From: Gemmatimonadota bacterium
GTDB lineage: Bacteria > Gemmatimonadota > Gemmatimonadetes > Palauibacterales > Palauibacteraceae
Length of the DNA: 64,000 nt
Reading direction: 5' to 3'
Assembly (NCBI GenBank): GCA_022825725.1
Contig: JAJDWE010000055.1
Span: 28,919 to 92,918 of the forward strand
In this document: positions 54,047-61,858 of the stretch, one piece after another
How the letters are laid out: each line of letters starts with the position of its first letter
Position numbering within the stretch: position 1 is the stretch's first letter
Position numbers and translations under genes: made by a program
Notes under the pieces: model-generated
Seen by the model: only the letters and a program-made list of their open reading frames with translations
Databases searched by the model: none
Told to the model about the DNA's origin: nothing

Positions 54047-54074
54047 TGCCTACAGGCGCGGCTGGCGGAGCATC

Positions 54075-54103
54075 TTCGCATGACAACGTGGATCACGTAT
54101 AGT
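54075..54103 (+). promoter_or_regulatory. Candidate sigma-70 promoter giving a leaderless or near-leaderless transcript
   Basis: TTCGCA - 17 nt - TATAGT. The -10 hexamer ends 8 nt before ATG 54112. No SD-like sequence lies between. The patch is AT-rich in a GC-rich genome. Confidence 0.4.
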
Positions 54104-54111
54104 TTTAGCTA

Positions 54112-55488
54112 ATGCCGCAGCAAAGCCTTGTCGTCGGGGCCGTCGCGCACGCGGCGGCGGGTCTCATGCTGTTCGCCGGGAGCGTTCCGGCCAGCGCGCA
54201 GTCCGAGGCGGGGACGGTGGTGTGCGTCGGAAGCGAGCTGTCCACGCCGCGGACACCGGATCCCGACCGCCGCTTCGGCTGGGAGGGCATGGCCGTCGTC
54301 TACCGGTCCGATGTGGCGCTCGCCTACCGGGTCGGCGTCCCGCTCGATGGCCGGCAGCGTGTGGAACGAGCCCTGCGCTCGGAACTCGGCGACCACCCGG
54401 AAGTTTCGTGTATCTGGTCGAACCGGGGTGACCATCACGTCGCGATCATCAGGTATACGTCGGCGATCCGTCTCGCCCCGACGTCGGATCCGGACGGCTC
54501 CGTGTTCGAGCGCCTTGCCATCGGATTCGGGGCGAGCGCGGAGGCGGCCGAGACGAACGCGACGACCGGCAACGATCATTTCGCGAGGTATTACGACGGG
54601 GGCGGCTACGAAGTCCTCGCCCGGGAGAGCTGGGGCGTCGAGGAAGGCGGCGCGGCGCCCGGGACGGCGGACCGGCCCCCGGCACAGGTATTCGAGGTGT
54701 TCGCCACGTTCCGCGACTGCGCGTTCTGTCCGGAGCTGGTCGTGGTGCCGCCGGGAACGTTCACGATGGGCTCCCCGGAGTCGGAGGAGTTCCGGGGAGC
54801 CGTCGAAGGTCCGCAGCACTCGGTGACGATCGGGGCTCCATTCGCGGTCGGGGTGCATGAAGTCACATTCGCGGAGTGGGACGCGTGCGTGCGGATGGGA
54901 GGGTGCCGCTACACGCCGGCCGACCGGCGCTGGGGCCGCGAGCGTCGTCCGGTGATCCACGTGAGTTGGGAGGACGCGCAGGCGTACGTGTCGTGGCTTT
55001 CGGGACTGACGGGACAGCGGTACCGGCTTCCGAGCGAGGCGGAGTGGGAGTACGTGGCGCGGGCCGGCACGGTGACGGCCCGGCATTGGGGGGAGGACTT
55101 GTCGGACCTGTGCCGCTACGCGAACGGCGCCGCGCGGCGCCCCGGGCGGCTCCGGGTCGCGGGTCTCTCCGGCTACGTGGCCGACGGACCGTGTGCCGAC
55201 GACTACGGAACCACGGCGCCGGTGGGGTCCTTCGCGCCGAACGCGTTCGGGCTGTACGACGTGCTGGGGAACGTGTCGGAGTGGACGCAGGACTGCTGGA
55301 ACGACAGCTACGCGGGCGCGCCGACGGATGGGAGCGCCTGGGAATCCGGGGACTGCGACCGTCGCGTCCTCCGCGGCGGATCCTGGTTCGTCACCGCGTG
55401 GTTCCTCCGCTCGGCCAACCGGTCCGGAAATCTCCCCGACGCCAGGGACATGTACTACGGATTCCGCGTGGCCCGGACGCTCCCCTGA
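54112..55488 (+). CDS. Exported formylglycine-generating-enzyme (SUMF1/FGE-sulfatase) domain protein with an unknown N-terminal domain
   Basis: Signal peptide ..AAGLMLFAGSVPASAQ. A roughly 190-aa N-terminal domain of unknown family follows. The C-terminal FGE domain reads FTMGSPESE......HSVTIGAPFAVGVHEVTFAEWDAC, VSWEDAQAYVSWLS...GQRYRLPSEAEWEYVARAG, YDVLGNVSEWTQDCW, VLRGGSW, GFRVARTL. Confidence 0.85.
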   Translation: MPQQSLVVGAVAHAAAGLMLFAGSVPASAQSEAGTVVCVGSELSTPRTPDPDRRFGWEGMAVVYRSDVALAYRVGVPLDGRQRVERALRSELGDHPEVSCIWSNRGDHHVAIIRYTSAIRLAPTSDPDGSVFERLAIGFGASAEAAETNATTGNDHFARYYDGGGYEVLARESWGVEEGGAAPGTADRPPAQVFEVFATFRDCAFCPELVVVPPGTFTMGSPESEEFRGAVEGPQHSVTIGAPFAVGVHEVTFAEWDACVRMGGCRYTPADRRWGRERRPVIHVSWEDAQAYVSWLSGLTGQRYRLPSEAEWEYVARAGTVTARHWGEDLSDLCRYANGAARRPGRLRVAGLSGYVADGPCADDYGTTAPVGSFAPNAFGLYDVLGNVSEWTQDCWNDSYAGAPTDGSAWESGDCDRRVLRGGSWFVTAWFLRSANRSGNLPDARDMYYGFRVARTLP

Positions 55489-55525
55489 CGTCGTACGGCA
55501 TCGCCGAGCCGCGTCGTGGAGGAGG

Positions 55526-56320
55526 TCAGGTACCGGGCGTAGCTTCGAGCGTTTCCAGCCAGCGATAGCCGTGGGTCGGGACGTTCGGCGACCCGGTCAT
55601 GCCTTCGGGGAACATGTCGAACCTCTCGACGCGCAGGCGGTAGTCGACTTCGTGCCGAGGCTGGAAGCCCACGATCTCGCCGCGGTAGGGGGCGCCGTTG
55701 ACGACCTTGCAGTAACCCGGATGGCCGTCGCCGCACTCCACCCGATGGCGCTCGACCGAGATCTCCTCTTCGGTACCGGCTGCCATGGTCCTGGAGACGA
55801 CCTCGCTCGCCACGTACCGGCCATCGCCATACCGGCTGGTTTCCAGGAGGTAGTGGTAGCCGCCCTCGTATTCGAAACTGTTGATGAGGTCGTCGTACGG
55901 CGCGCCATCCACCACCGGGCAGAAATCATCGCTCCGGGCGCATATGACCCGCGCGGGACCCACCGAGAGGGTTGCAGGGGTGGATGGCGCCGGGGTCTTC
56001 TCCAGTTGCTCCAGCAGGCGGTATGCGTACGCGCCGGCGTCCTGCGGCGGTTCTTCCCCATCCCACGGATCGTACTTGCCGACCCGAAGTCGATAGTCGT
56101 AGCCGGCCTCGTACTCGAATCCCTCGATTCCGTCGTAGAACAACCCGCCGTCGACCACCATGCACGACCGCAGGCCCACGCCGTAACACTTGGCGAGGGT
56201 GGGGCCGACGGTCATCTCCACGACCTCGAGGTATGCGGGCTCGCCCGGTCCCGTGGAACCGCCACAGCCGGCAAGGACCAGGGCCGGGAGCAGAACGAAA
56301 GCAAAGCTTCTGCCGCGAAT
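55526..56320 (-). CDS. Triple-repeat lipoprotein (DUF4377-like repeats), probable ATT start
   Basis: Three copies of C-x(5-8)-C-x-VV(D/N)G....(I/L)xxF(E/Q)(Y/P)xxG/HxxDY/HYxL. Upstream of the first ATG (56221) the frame stays open and encodes (I)RGRSFAFVLLPALVLAGCGG, a lipoprotein signal. It begins at ATT 56320, 7 nt after AAGGAG. An in-frame TGA lies 6 codons further upstream. Confidence 0.7.
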   Translation of the reverse strand: MRGRSFAFVLLPALVLAGCGGSTGPGEPAYLEVVEMTVGPTLAKCYGVGLRSCMVVDGGLFYDGIEGFEYEAGYDYRLRVGKYDPWDGEEPPQDAGAYAYRLLEQLEKTPAPSTPATLSVGPARVICARSDDFCPVVDGAPYDDLINSFEYEGGYHYLLETSRYGDGRYVASEVVSRTMAAGTEEEISVERHRVECGDGHPGYCKVVNGAPYRGEIVGFQPRHEVDYRLRVERFDMFPEGMTGSPNVPTHGYRWLETLEATPGT

Positions 56321-56466
56321 GGGAGTGCTCCTTTCTCAACCGGTCTCCGATGACTCGACCGATAATCGTACCCGTCAGCCGCCCAGGGGTTCTCGCGCCG
56401 CGGACATCCGGTCCGCCCGATTCCGACCCCGGCATCGCGGCGGCCGCCTTTGTATCATGTCACACC

Positions 56467-56889
56467 ATGGAACGGCATACGGCAGGGGCCGGGCGCACGT
56501 CTGAACCCATCCACGAAGAGGAGCGGGAGACGGCGGGCCGCGGCGAGCCCCGAATCGTGGACAAGCCCTGGGGGCGCGAGGTGTGGTACGCCCACACGGA
56601 CCGCTACGCGGGGAAGATACTCGAAGTCGACAAGGGGCACGTCCTCTCGCTGCAGAAGCACCTCGTGAAGCACGAGACGATGCTGCTCCAGTCCGGGCGC
56701 ATGCTTTTTACGCTCAACGACGAAGTCTTCGAGTGGCTCCCGGGCGAGGTCGTCTCCATTCCTCCGGGGAACGTGCACCGCATGGAGGCGCTCGAGGACA
56801 GCGTCATCCTCGAGGTGAGCACGCCGGAACTGGACGACCTGGTGCGCCTCGAGGACCGCTACGGACGGGCCGGTCGGAAGGGCTGCTGA
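56467..56889 (+). CDS. Cupin-domain protein (mannose-6-phosphate isomerase type II-like cupin)
   Basis: KPWGREVWYAHTDRYAGKILEVDKGHVLSLQKHLVKHETMLLQSGRM.......EWLPGEVVSIPPGNVHRMEAL matches the ManC C-terminal cupin pattern (PWG...SLQ.H..R.E...v..G). Start at ATG 56467 within ORF 55972-56889. Confidence 0.75.
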   Translation: MERHTAGAGRTSEPIHEEERETAGRGEPRIVDKPWGREVWYAHTDRYAGKILEVDKGHVLSLQKHLVKHETMLLQSGRMLFTLNDEVFEWLPGEVVSIPPGNVHRMEALEDSVILEVSTPELDDLVRLEDRYGRAGRKGC

Positions 56890-56976
56890 CGGCTAACGAA
56901 GCGCCTCGAAGGTCCCGACTCCGACTCCGGCACCTGCGCCGTTGACCGTGTGCGGCACAATGGGGTATCTACGGGC

Positions 56977-59900
56977 ATGAAAAACAAGCATGCGCAGCAG
57001 TCGGACCTCGGCCCCCTGATCCGCGAGGTCGAATCGCGACTCCCGGACGCGCCCGGCGAAGCCGTCCGCAATCTCTCCCGCCGTCTCTTCAGCCGCGGCT
57101 ACGCCCACATCGCGGATGGACGTCCGGTGCGCGCTCTGGCCGACGATGTCGCAGCCCTCTACCGCCTCCTGGCCGGCGCCGCCGACGGCGAAATCGCGAT
57201 CCGCCTCGCCTGGGACGAGGACGATCCATCGCGCGGCGTCCTTCAGACGGTGATGGAGGACCGGCCCTTCATCGTCGACACGCTGCGCGAGTATCTCCAC
57301 TCGGCGGGGATCGACATCCCGCACCTGCTCCACCCGGTCGTCGTGGTGGACCGGGACGCCTCCGGCCGCGTGCTCGACATCCGCGACCATTCCGCCGAGG
57401 GCACGCGCGTATCGGTCGTCCACATCGTGCTCGACGACGCGCACCACGCCGAGGTCCGCGAGACGTTGGAAGCCGAGGTACGGCAGCGCCTCGAACTCGT
57501 GAGGGCGGTCACCGCGGACTTCTCCGCCATGATCGAGCAGGTGGGGACGCTCGTCAGCGAACTCGAGACCAAGCGGGTCGAGACGCCGTGGCGGAGCGCC
57601 GAATTCGAGGAGATCCAGGACCTGCTCCGGTGGCTCGTGGACCCCGGGTTCGTCTTCCTCGGCTATCGCGCGTACCAAATCGAGACGGACGACGCGGGCC
57701 GCGACTGGATCCGCGTCGACGAGGGAAGCGGCCTCGGGATCCTCAGGGACGACGACAAATCGAAATACTACGAACCCCGGCCCCTCGACGAACTCCCCGC
57801 CTACCTCCGCGCCCGGGTGCTGGGCGGCCCGCTTCTCATCATCTCCAAGACCAACGCCCAGAGTCCGATTCGGCGCAACGTCCGCATGGACTACGTGGGC
57901 ATCAAACGTCTGCGCCCGGACGGGACGGTGTACGGCGAGTACCGGTTCCTCGGTCTGTTCACCGCGAAGGCGTTCTCGCAGGACGCCTCCTCCATCCCGA
58001 TCCTGCGCCGCAAGCTGCGCGAGATCCTTCAGCTGGAAGCCGCGCCCCCGGGATCGCACGACTACAACGTCATCCTGGGGACGTTCAACTCGATGCCGAA
58101 GGAGGAACTGTTCCTCGCCTCGGTGGAGGAGATCCGCTCGGTCGTCGATGCGGTCATGGCGACCGGAGGCGGGGACGATGTGCGGGTCACGGCGCGTCCC
58201 GACCAGCTCGGCCGCGGCGTCCAGCTCATGGTCATCCTCCCCAGGACCCATTTCTCCGGGCAGGTGCGGAGGCGGCTGCAGACGGCGCTGATCGAGGCCT
58301 ACCGGGGGACGCTCCTCAACTACCACCTCGCGCTCGGCCAGGGCGACCAGGCGCGCCTCCATTTCTATCTGGCCCACGACCCGGACGAGGTGGGGGCGGT
58401 CGACCTCGACGCCGTCCAGGCCAAGGTCCGCTCGATCGTCCGCACCTGGGAGGAGCGCCTCGAGGACGCGCTCGATGCCGTCCACGGCCCTTCGCGGGGC
58501 CACGAACTCGCAACGCACGTCGTGCGCTTCTCGACCGGCTACCAGGCGGCGATGGACATCGACACCGCCATCGAGGACGTCGCGTGTCTCGCGCGGCTGG
58601 CCGAGACGGGCGAGAGCCAGGTGCTGCTGAAACGGTCCCTGACGGAAGCGGACGGACGGCACTACCAGTTGCGGCTGTATGCCCGGAAGGGTCACTACGT
58701 CCTGAGCGACGTGATCCCCACGCTCGAGAACCTGGGGCTCCGGGTGCTCGACTCGCTCCGCTTCACGATCCAGCTCAAGGATGAGACGCCCGACGCCACG
58801 GAGGAGACGTTCGCGGCGCGCGTCCAGTCCTTCGAAGCCGAGGCGCGACGCGCCGGCGACCTCGACATCGCGGCGGCGCAGGACCGGATCGGAGACATGC
58901 TGCGGGCCATCCGGGCGGGAGTCGCCGAAGATGACCGGCTGAACGAACTCATCGTGACCGCCGGTCTCACGTGGCCGGAGGTATCCGTCCTCCGGGCCTA
59001 TGCGGGCTACACCTTCCGCATCGGCGCCGTCGCCGCCCCCACCGGCGGCCAGTTTCCGCTCACGGCGTACCCCGACATCGCACGCTGCATCTTCCGTGCC
59101 TTCGAGGCGCGCTTCGATCCGGAGGCACAGGAGGGGGCGGCCGACACGATGCGGCATCTGAAGCGCGAGTTCGCGCGGGCGCTGGCTTCGGTGCGCGGGA
59201 TCGAGGACGACCGGACGCTGCGGCGGATGATGGAACTCGTCCACGCCACCGTGCGCACGAACCACTACCGGGGCGAGTTGCGCCGGTCACCTCTCCTCGC
59301 GCTCAAGATCTCGAGCCGCTCCGTCGACTTCATTCCGAAGCCGAAGCCGAAGCACGAGGTCTACCTGCGCGGGCCTCGGACGGAGGCCGCCCACCTGCGC
59401 ATGGACGACGTGGCGCGCGGCGGCATCCGGTGGAGCGACCGCTACGGGGACTTCCGGGTGGAAGTGCTCGGACTCGTGAAGACGCAGAGGGTGAAGAACG
59501 CCGTCATCGTGCCCGGCGGCGCGAAGGGCGCCTTCATCGTGAAGGGACTGCCGGATGAGCGCGAAGCGCGGCTTGCGGCGGGGCTGGACAGCTACCGGGA
59601 CTTCATTCGCGGGCTGCTGGAAGTCTCCGACGACGTCGTCGATGGCGAAGTGACGCAACCCCGGGGGATGGTGATCCACGACGGACCCGACCCGTACCTC
59701 GTCGTGGCGGCGGACAAGGGGACGGCGAAGAACTCGGATACGGCCAATGAACTCGCGGCGGAAGCGGGCTTCTGGCTCGACGACGCCTTCGCCTCCGGCG
59801 GATCGCAGGGGTACGACCACAAGAAAGAGGGAATCACGGCCCGCGGTGCGTGGGAATGCGTGAAGCGCCACTTCCGGGAAGCGGACATCGACTACGAGCA

Positions 59901-61818
59901 CGAACCCTTCACGGCGGTCGGGATCGGAGACATGAGCGGCGACGTGTTCGGCAACGGGATGCTGCTCAGCAAGCAGATCCAGCTCGTCGCCGCCTTCGAT
60001 CACCGCGACATCTTCCTCGATCCGAACCCGGATCCGGAGGCGTCGTGGGAGGAACGGAAACGGCTGTTCGAACTCCCGGCCTCGTCGTGGGCCGACTACG
60101 ACGCCGAGCTGCTGAGCGAGGGGGGTGGCGTCTACGACCGTACCGAGAAGCAGATCCACCTCTCGCCGCAGATCCGGGAGCGCCTCGGCATCGATCACGA
60201 GGAGATGAACGGGAACGAGCTGATCCGCGCGATCCTGTCAGCGCCGGTCGACCTCCTCTGGAACGGCGGCATCGGCACGTACGTGAAGGCGAGTTCGGAA
60301 CGCCACGCCGACGTCGGCGACCCGAGCGGCGATCCCACGCGGGTCGATGCGACGGGCATTCGGGCGCGCGTCGTGGGCGAGGGCGGCAATCTCGGCTTCA
60401 CGCAGCGCGCGCGGGTCGAATACGCGCTCCGCGAGGGGAGCATCAACACGGACGCCGTCGACAACTCCGCCGGGGTCGACATGTCCGACCACGAGGTCAA
60501 CCTCAAGATCCTCCTCGGCGCGCCGCTGTCGCGCGGGGGGATCGATTACGAGGCGCGAAACGATCTGCTCCGGGAGTGCACGGACGAGGTCGCGTGGAAG
60601 GTGCTCCGCAACACGTACAATCAGAGCCTCGCGATCAGCCTCGACTACATCCGGGCGCGGCGCGCCCCCGCCGCATTCCGCGAGGTGATCCAGCGCTTCG
60701 AGCGGGAGGGGATCCTCGATCCGGCCCTCGAATACCTGCCGGCGGGCGAGGAACTCATCGAACGGGAGAACGTCGGGGCGCACCTCACGAGGCCGGAACT
60801 CGCGACGGTCATGGCCTACTCGAAGCTCCACCTCAAGCATGCGCTCACGGAGTCCAGCGTGTCGCGCGACCCGGCGATGATGGAACTGGTGGAGGACTAC
60901 TTTCCGTTCGGGGCGCTGAAGGAGGTCGAGACGTCGGACCTCGAGGAACACCGGCTGCGGCCGAACATCTCGAGCATGCTGCTGACGAACCGCTTCGTGG
61001 ACCGCATGGGCGCCACGAGCCATATCCGGCTCATGGAGGAGACCGGCCGCGCCGCCGCGACCGTCGCCCGCGCCTGGTACGTCGCGTCACGGATCGCGGA
61101 CGCCGAGGACCTGTACGAGCGGCTGCGCGTCGCCGACGTCCGGATGCGGAGCGGGGCGCAGAACGAGTGCTACCTCGCCATGGCCGACGCGCTGACGCGC
61201 GCGACTCGATGGCTCCTGCAGCGGACCAACCCCGGCGAGCCGATCAGCGAGGCGATCGAGTGGCTGCACGACCCCGTGCGGGGGGTCCGCGACGCCCTGC
61301 CGAAACTGCTCACCGCAGAGCGGCGGGAACGTTTCGAATCCACCTGCTCGCTGCACGAGATGGACGGACTCGATCCGGAGGGCGCGGCGCAGCTCGCGAC
61401 CTTCCGCTACGTGGACGAACTGCTGCCGATCGCCAGCCTCATCCGCGAAACGGGTGCCGGCACGCGCGAGGTCGGCGCCGTGTACTTCGGCCTCGCCGAG
61501 GAGATCGACTTCCCATGGCTGCGGAGCCGCGTCTACTCGCAAGCCACGGACGATCCGTGGGACCAGAGGGCGGCGCGCATCCTCGTCACGCGACTCGAAC
61601 TCGCGCGTTCCCGCATGGCGGCGCAGATCATCGCCCGTGCCGAGGCGTCGACGACGGAAGATGCGATGAGATCCTTCCGGCGCCGGAACGCCGTGGGGTT
61701 GAGCCGAATACGGAACGTGATCGCCGACGTCCGGAGCACGGGAGCGGAACTCCCCGGGCTCGTCGTGGCCGTCGATGCCGTCAACGATCCGGGGATCCTG
61801 GAACCCCCGGACCGCTGA
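56977..61818 (+). CDS. gdhB: NAD-specific glutamate dehydrogenase, large (about 180 kDa, GdhB-type)
   Basis: About 1613 aa from ATG 56977. The central catalytic region reads ..RGGIRWSDRYGDFRVEVLGLVKTQRVKNAVIVPGGAKGAFIVK... and ..AADKGTAKNSDTANE......GGSQGYDHK..GITARGAWE..... It then runs ..VGIGDMSGDVFGNGMLLS and NGGIGTYVKAS, typical of Bac_GDH large enzymes. Confidence 0.95.
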   Translation: MKNKHAQQSDLGPLIREVESRLPDAPGEAVRNLSRRLFSRGYAHIADGRPVRALADDVAALYRLLAGAADGEIAIRLAWDEDDPSRGVLQTVMEDRPFIVDTLREYLHSAGIDIPHLLHPVVVVDRDASGRVLDIRDHSAEGTRVSVVHIVLDDAHHAEVRETLEAEVRQRLELVRAVTADFSAMIEQVGTLVSELETKRVETPWRSAEFEEIQDLLRWLVDPGFVFLGYRAYQIETDDAGRDWIRVDEGSGLGILRDDDKSKYYEPRPLDELPAYLRARVLGGPLLIISKTNAQSPIRRNVRMDYVGIKRLRPDGTVYGEYRFLGLFTAKAFSQDASSIPILRRKLREILQLEAAPPGSHDYNVILGTFNSMPKEELFLASVEEIRSVVDAVMATGGGDDVRVTARPDQLGRGVQLMVILPRTHFSGQVRRRLQTALIEAYRGTLLNYHLALGQGDQARLHFYLAHDPDEVGAVDLDAVQAKVRSIVRTWEERLEDALDAVHGPSRGHELATHVVRFSTGYQAAMDIDTAIEDVACLARLAETGESQVLLKRSLTEADGRHYQLRLYARKGHYVLSDVIPTLENLGLRVLDSLRFTIQLKDETPDATEETFAARVQSFEAEARRAGDLDIAAAQDRIGDMLRAIRAGVAEDDRLNELIVTAGLTWPEVSVLRAYAGYTFRIGAVAAPTGGQFPLTAYPDIARCIFRAFEARFDPEAQEGAADTMRHLKREFARALASVRGIEDDRTLRRMMELVHATVRTNHYRGELRRSPLLALKISSRSVDFIPKPKPKHEVYLRGPRTEAAHLRMDDVARGGIRWSDRYGDFRVEVLGLVKTQRVKNAVIVPGGAKGAFIVKGLPDEREARLAAGLDSYRDFIRGLLEVSDDVVDGEVTQPRGMVIHDGPDPYLVVAADKGTAKNSDTANELAAEAGFWLDDAFASGGSQGYDHKKEGITARGAWECVKRHFREADIDYEHEPFTAVGIGDMSGDVFGNGMLLSKQIQLVAAFDHRDIFLDPNPDPEASWEERKRLFELPASSWADYDAELLSEGGGVYDRTEKQIHLSPQIRERLGIDHEEMNGNELIRAILSAPVDLLWNGGIGTYVKASSERHADVGDPSGDPTRVDATGIRARVVGEGGNLGFTQRARVEYALREGSINTDAVDNSAGVDMSDHEVNLKILLGAPLSRGGIDYEARNDLLRECTDEVAWKVLRNTYNQSLAISLDYIRARRAPAAFREVIQRFEREGILDPALEYLPAGEELIERENVGAHLTRPELATVMAYSKLHLKHALTESSVSRDPAMMELVEDYFPFGALKEVETSDLEEHRLRPNISSMLLTNRFVDRMGATSHIRLMEETGRAAATVARAWYVASRIADAEDLYERLRVADVRMRSGAQNECYLAMADALTRATRWLLQRTNPGEPISEAIEWLHDPVRGVRDALPKLLTAERRERFESTCSLHEMDGLDPEGAAQLATFRYVDELLPIASLIRETGAGTREVGAVYFGLAEEIDFPWLRSRVYSQATDDPWDQRAARILVTRLELARSRMAAQIIARAEASTTEDAMRSFRRRNAVGLSRIRNVIADVRSTGAELPGLVVAVDAVNDPGILEPPDR

Positions 61819-61826
61819 TCGGCTCA

Positions 61827-61847
61827 GGCAGCCGGAGCGCGGCTGCC
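61827..61847. terminator. GC hairpin between convergent gdh and glnA (possible bidirectional terminator)
   Basis: GGCAGCCG-GAGCG-CGGCTGCC: a perfect 8-bp stem with a 5-nt loop. It starts 9 nt after the gdh stop and ends 12 nt before the glnA stop. No T-tract. Confidence 0.35.
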
Positions 61848-61858
61848 CTCAACTGCGG

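Noticed and set aside
56893-59265. A 790-aa ORF antisense to the NAD-glutamate dehydrogenase gene. Similar very long antisense or overlapping ORFs occur at 1913-3892, 24755-26638, 44205-46787, 50375-52801, 60238-61023 and elsewhere.
   Set aside because: Each lies opposite a gene with strong family motifs. Their translations are Arg/Pro/Gly/Ala/Asp-rich with no recognisable motifs. Their codon third positions fall on non-GC3 positions of the sense gene. Long spurious ORFs are expected when stop codons are depleted at this GC content.
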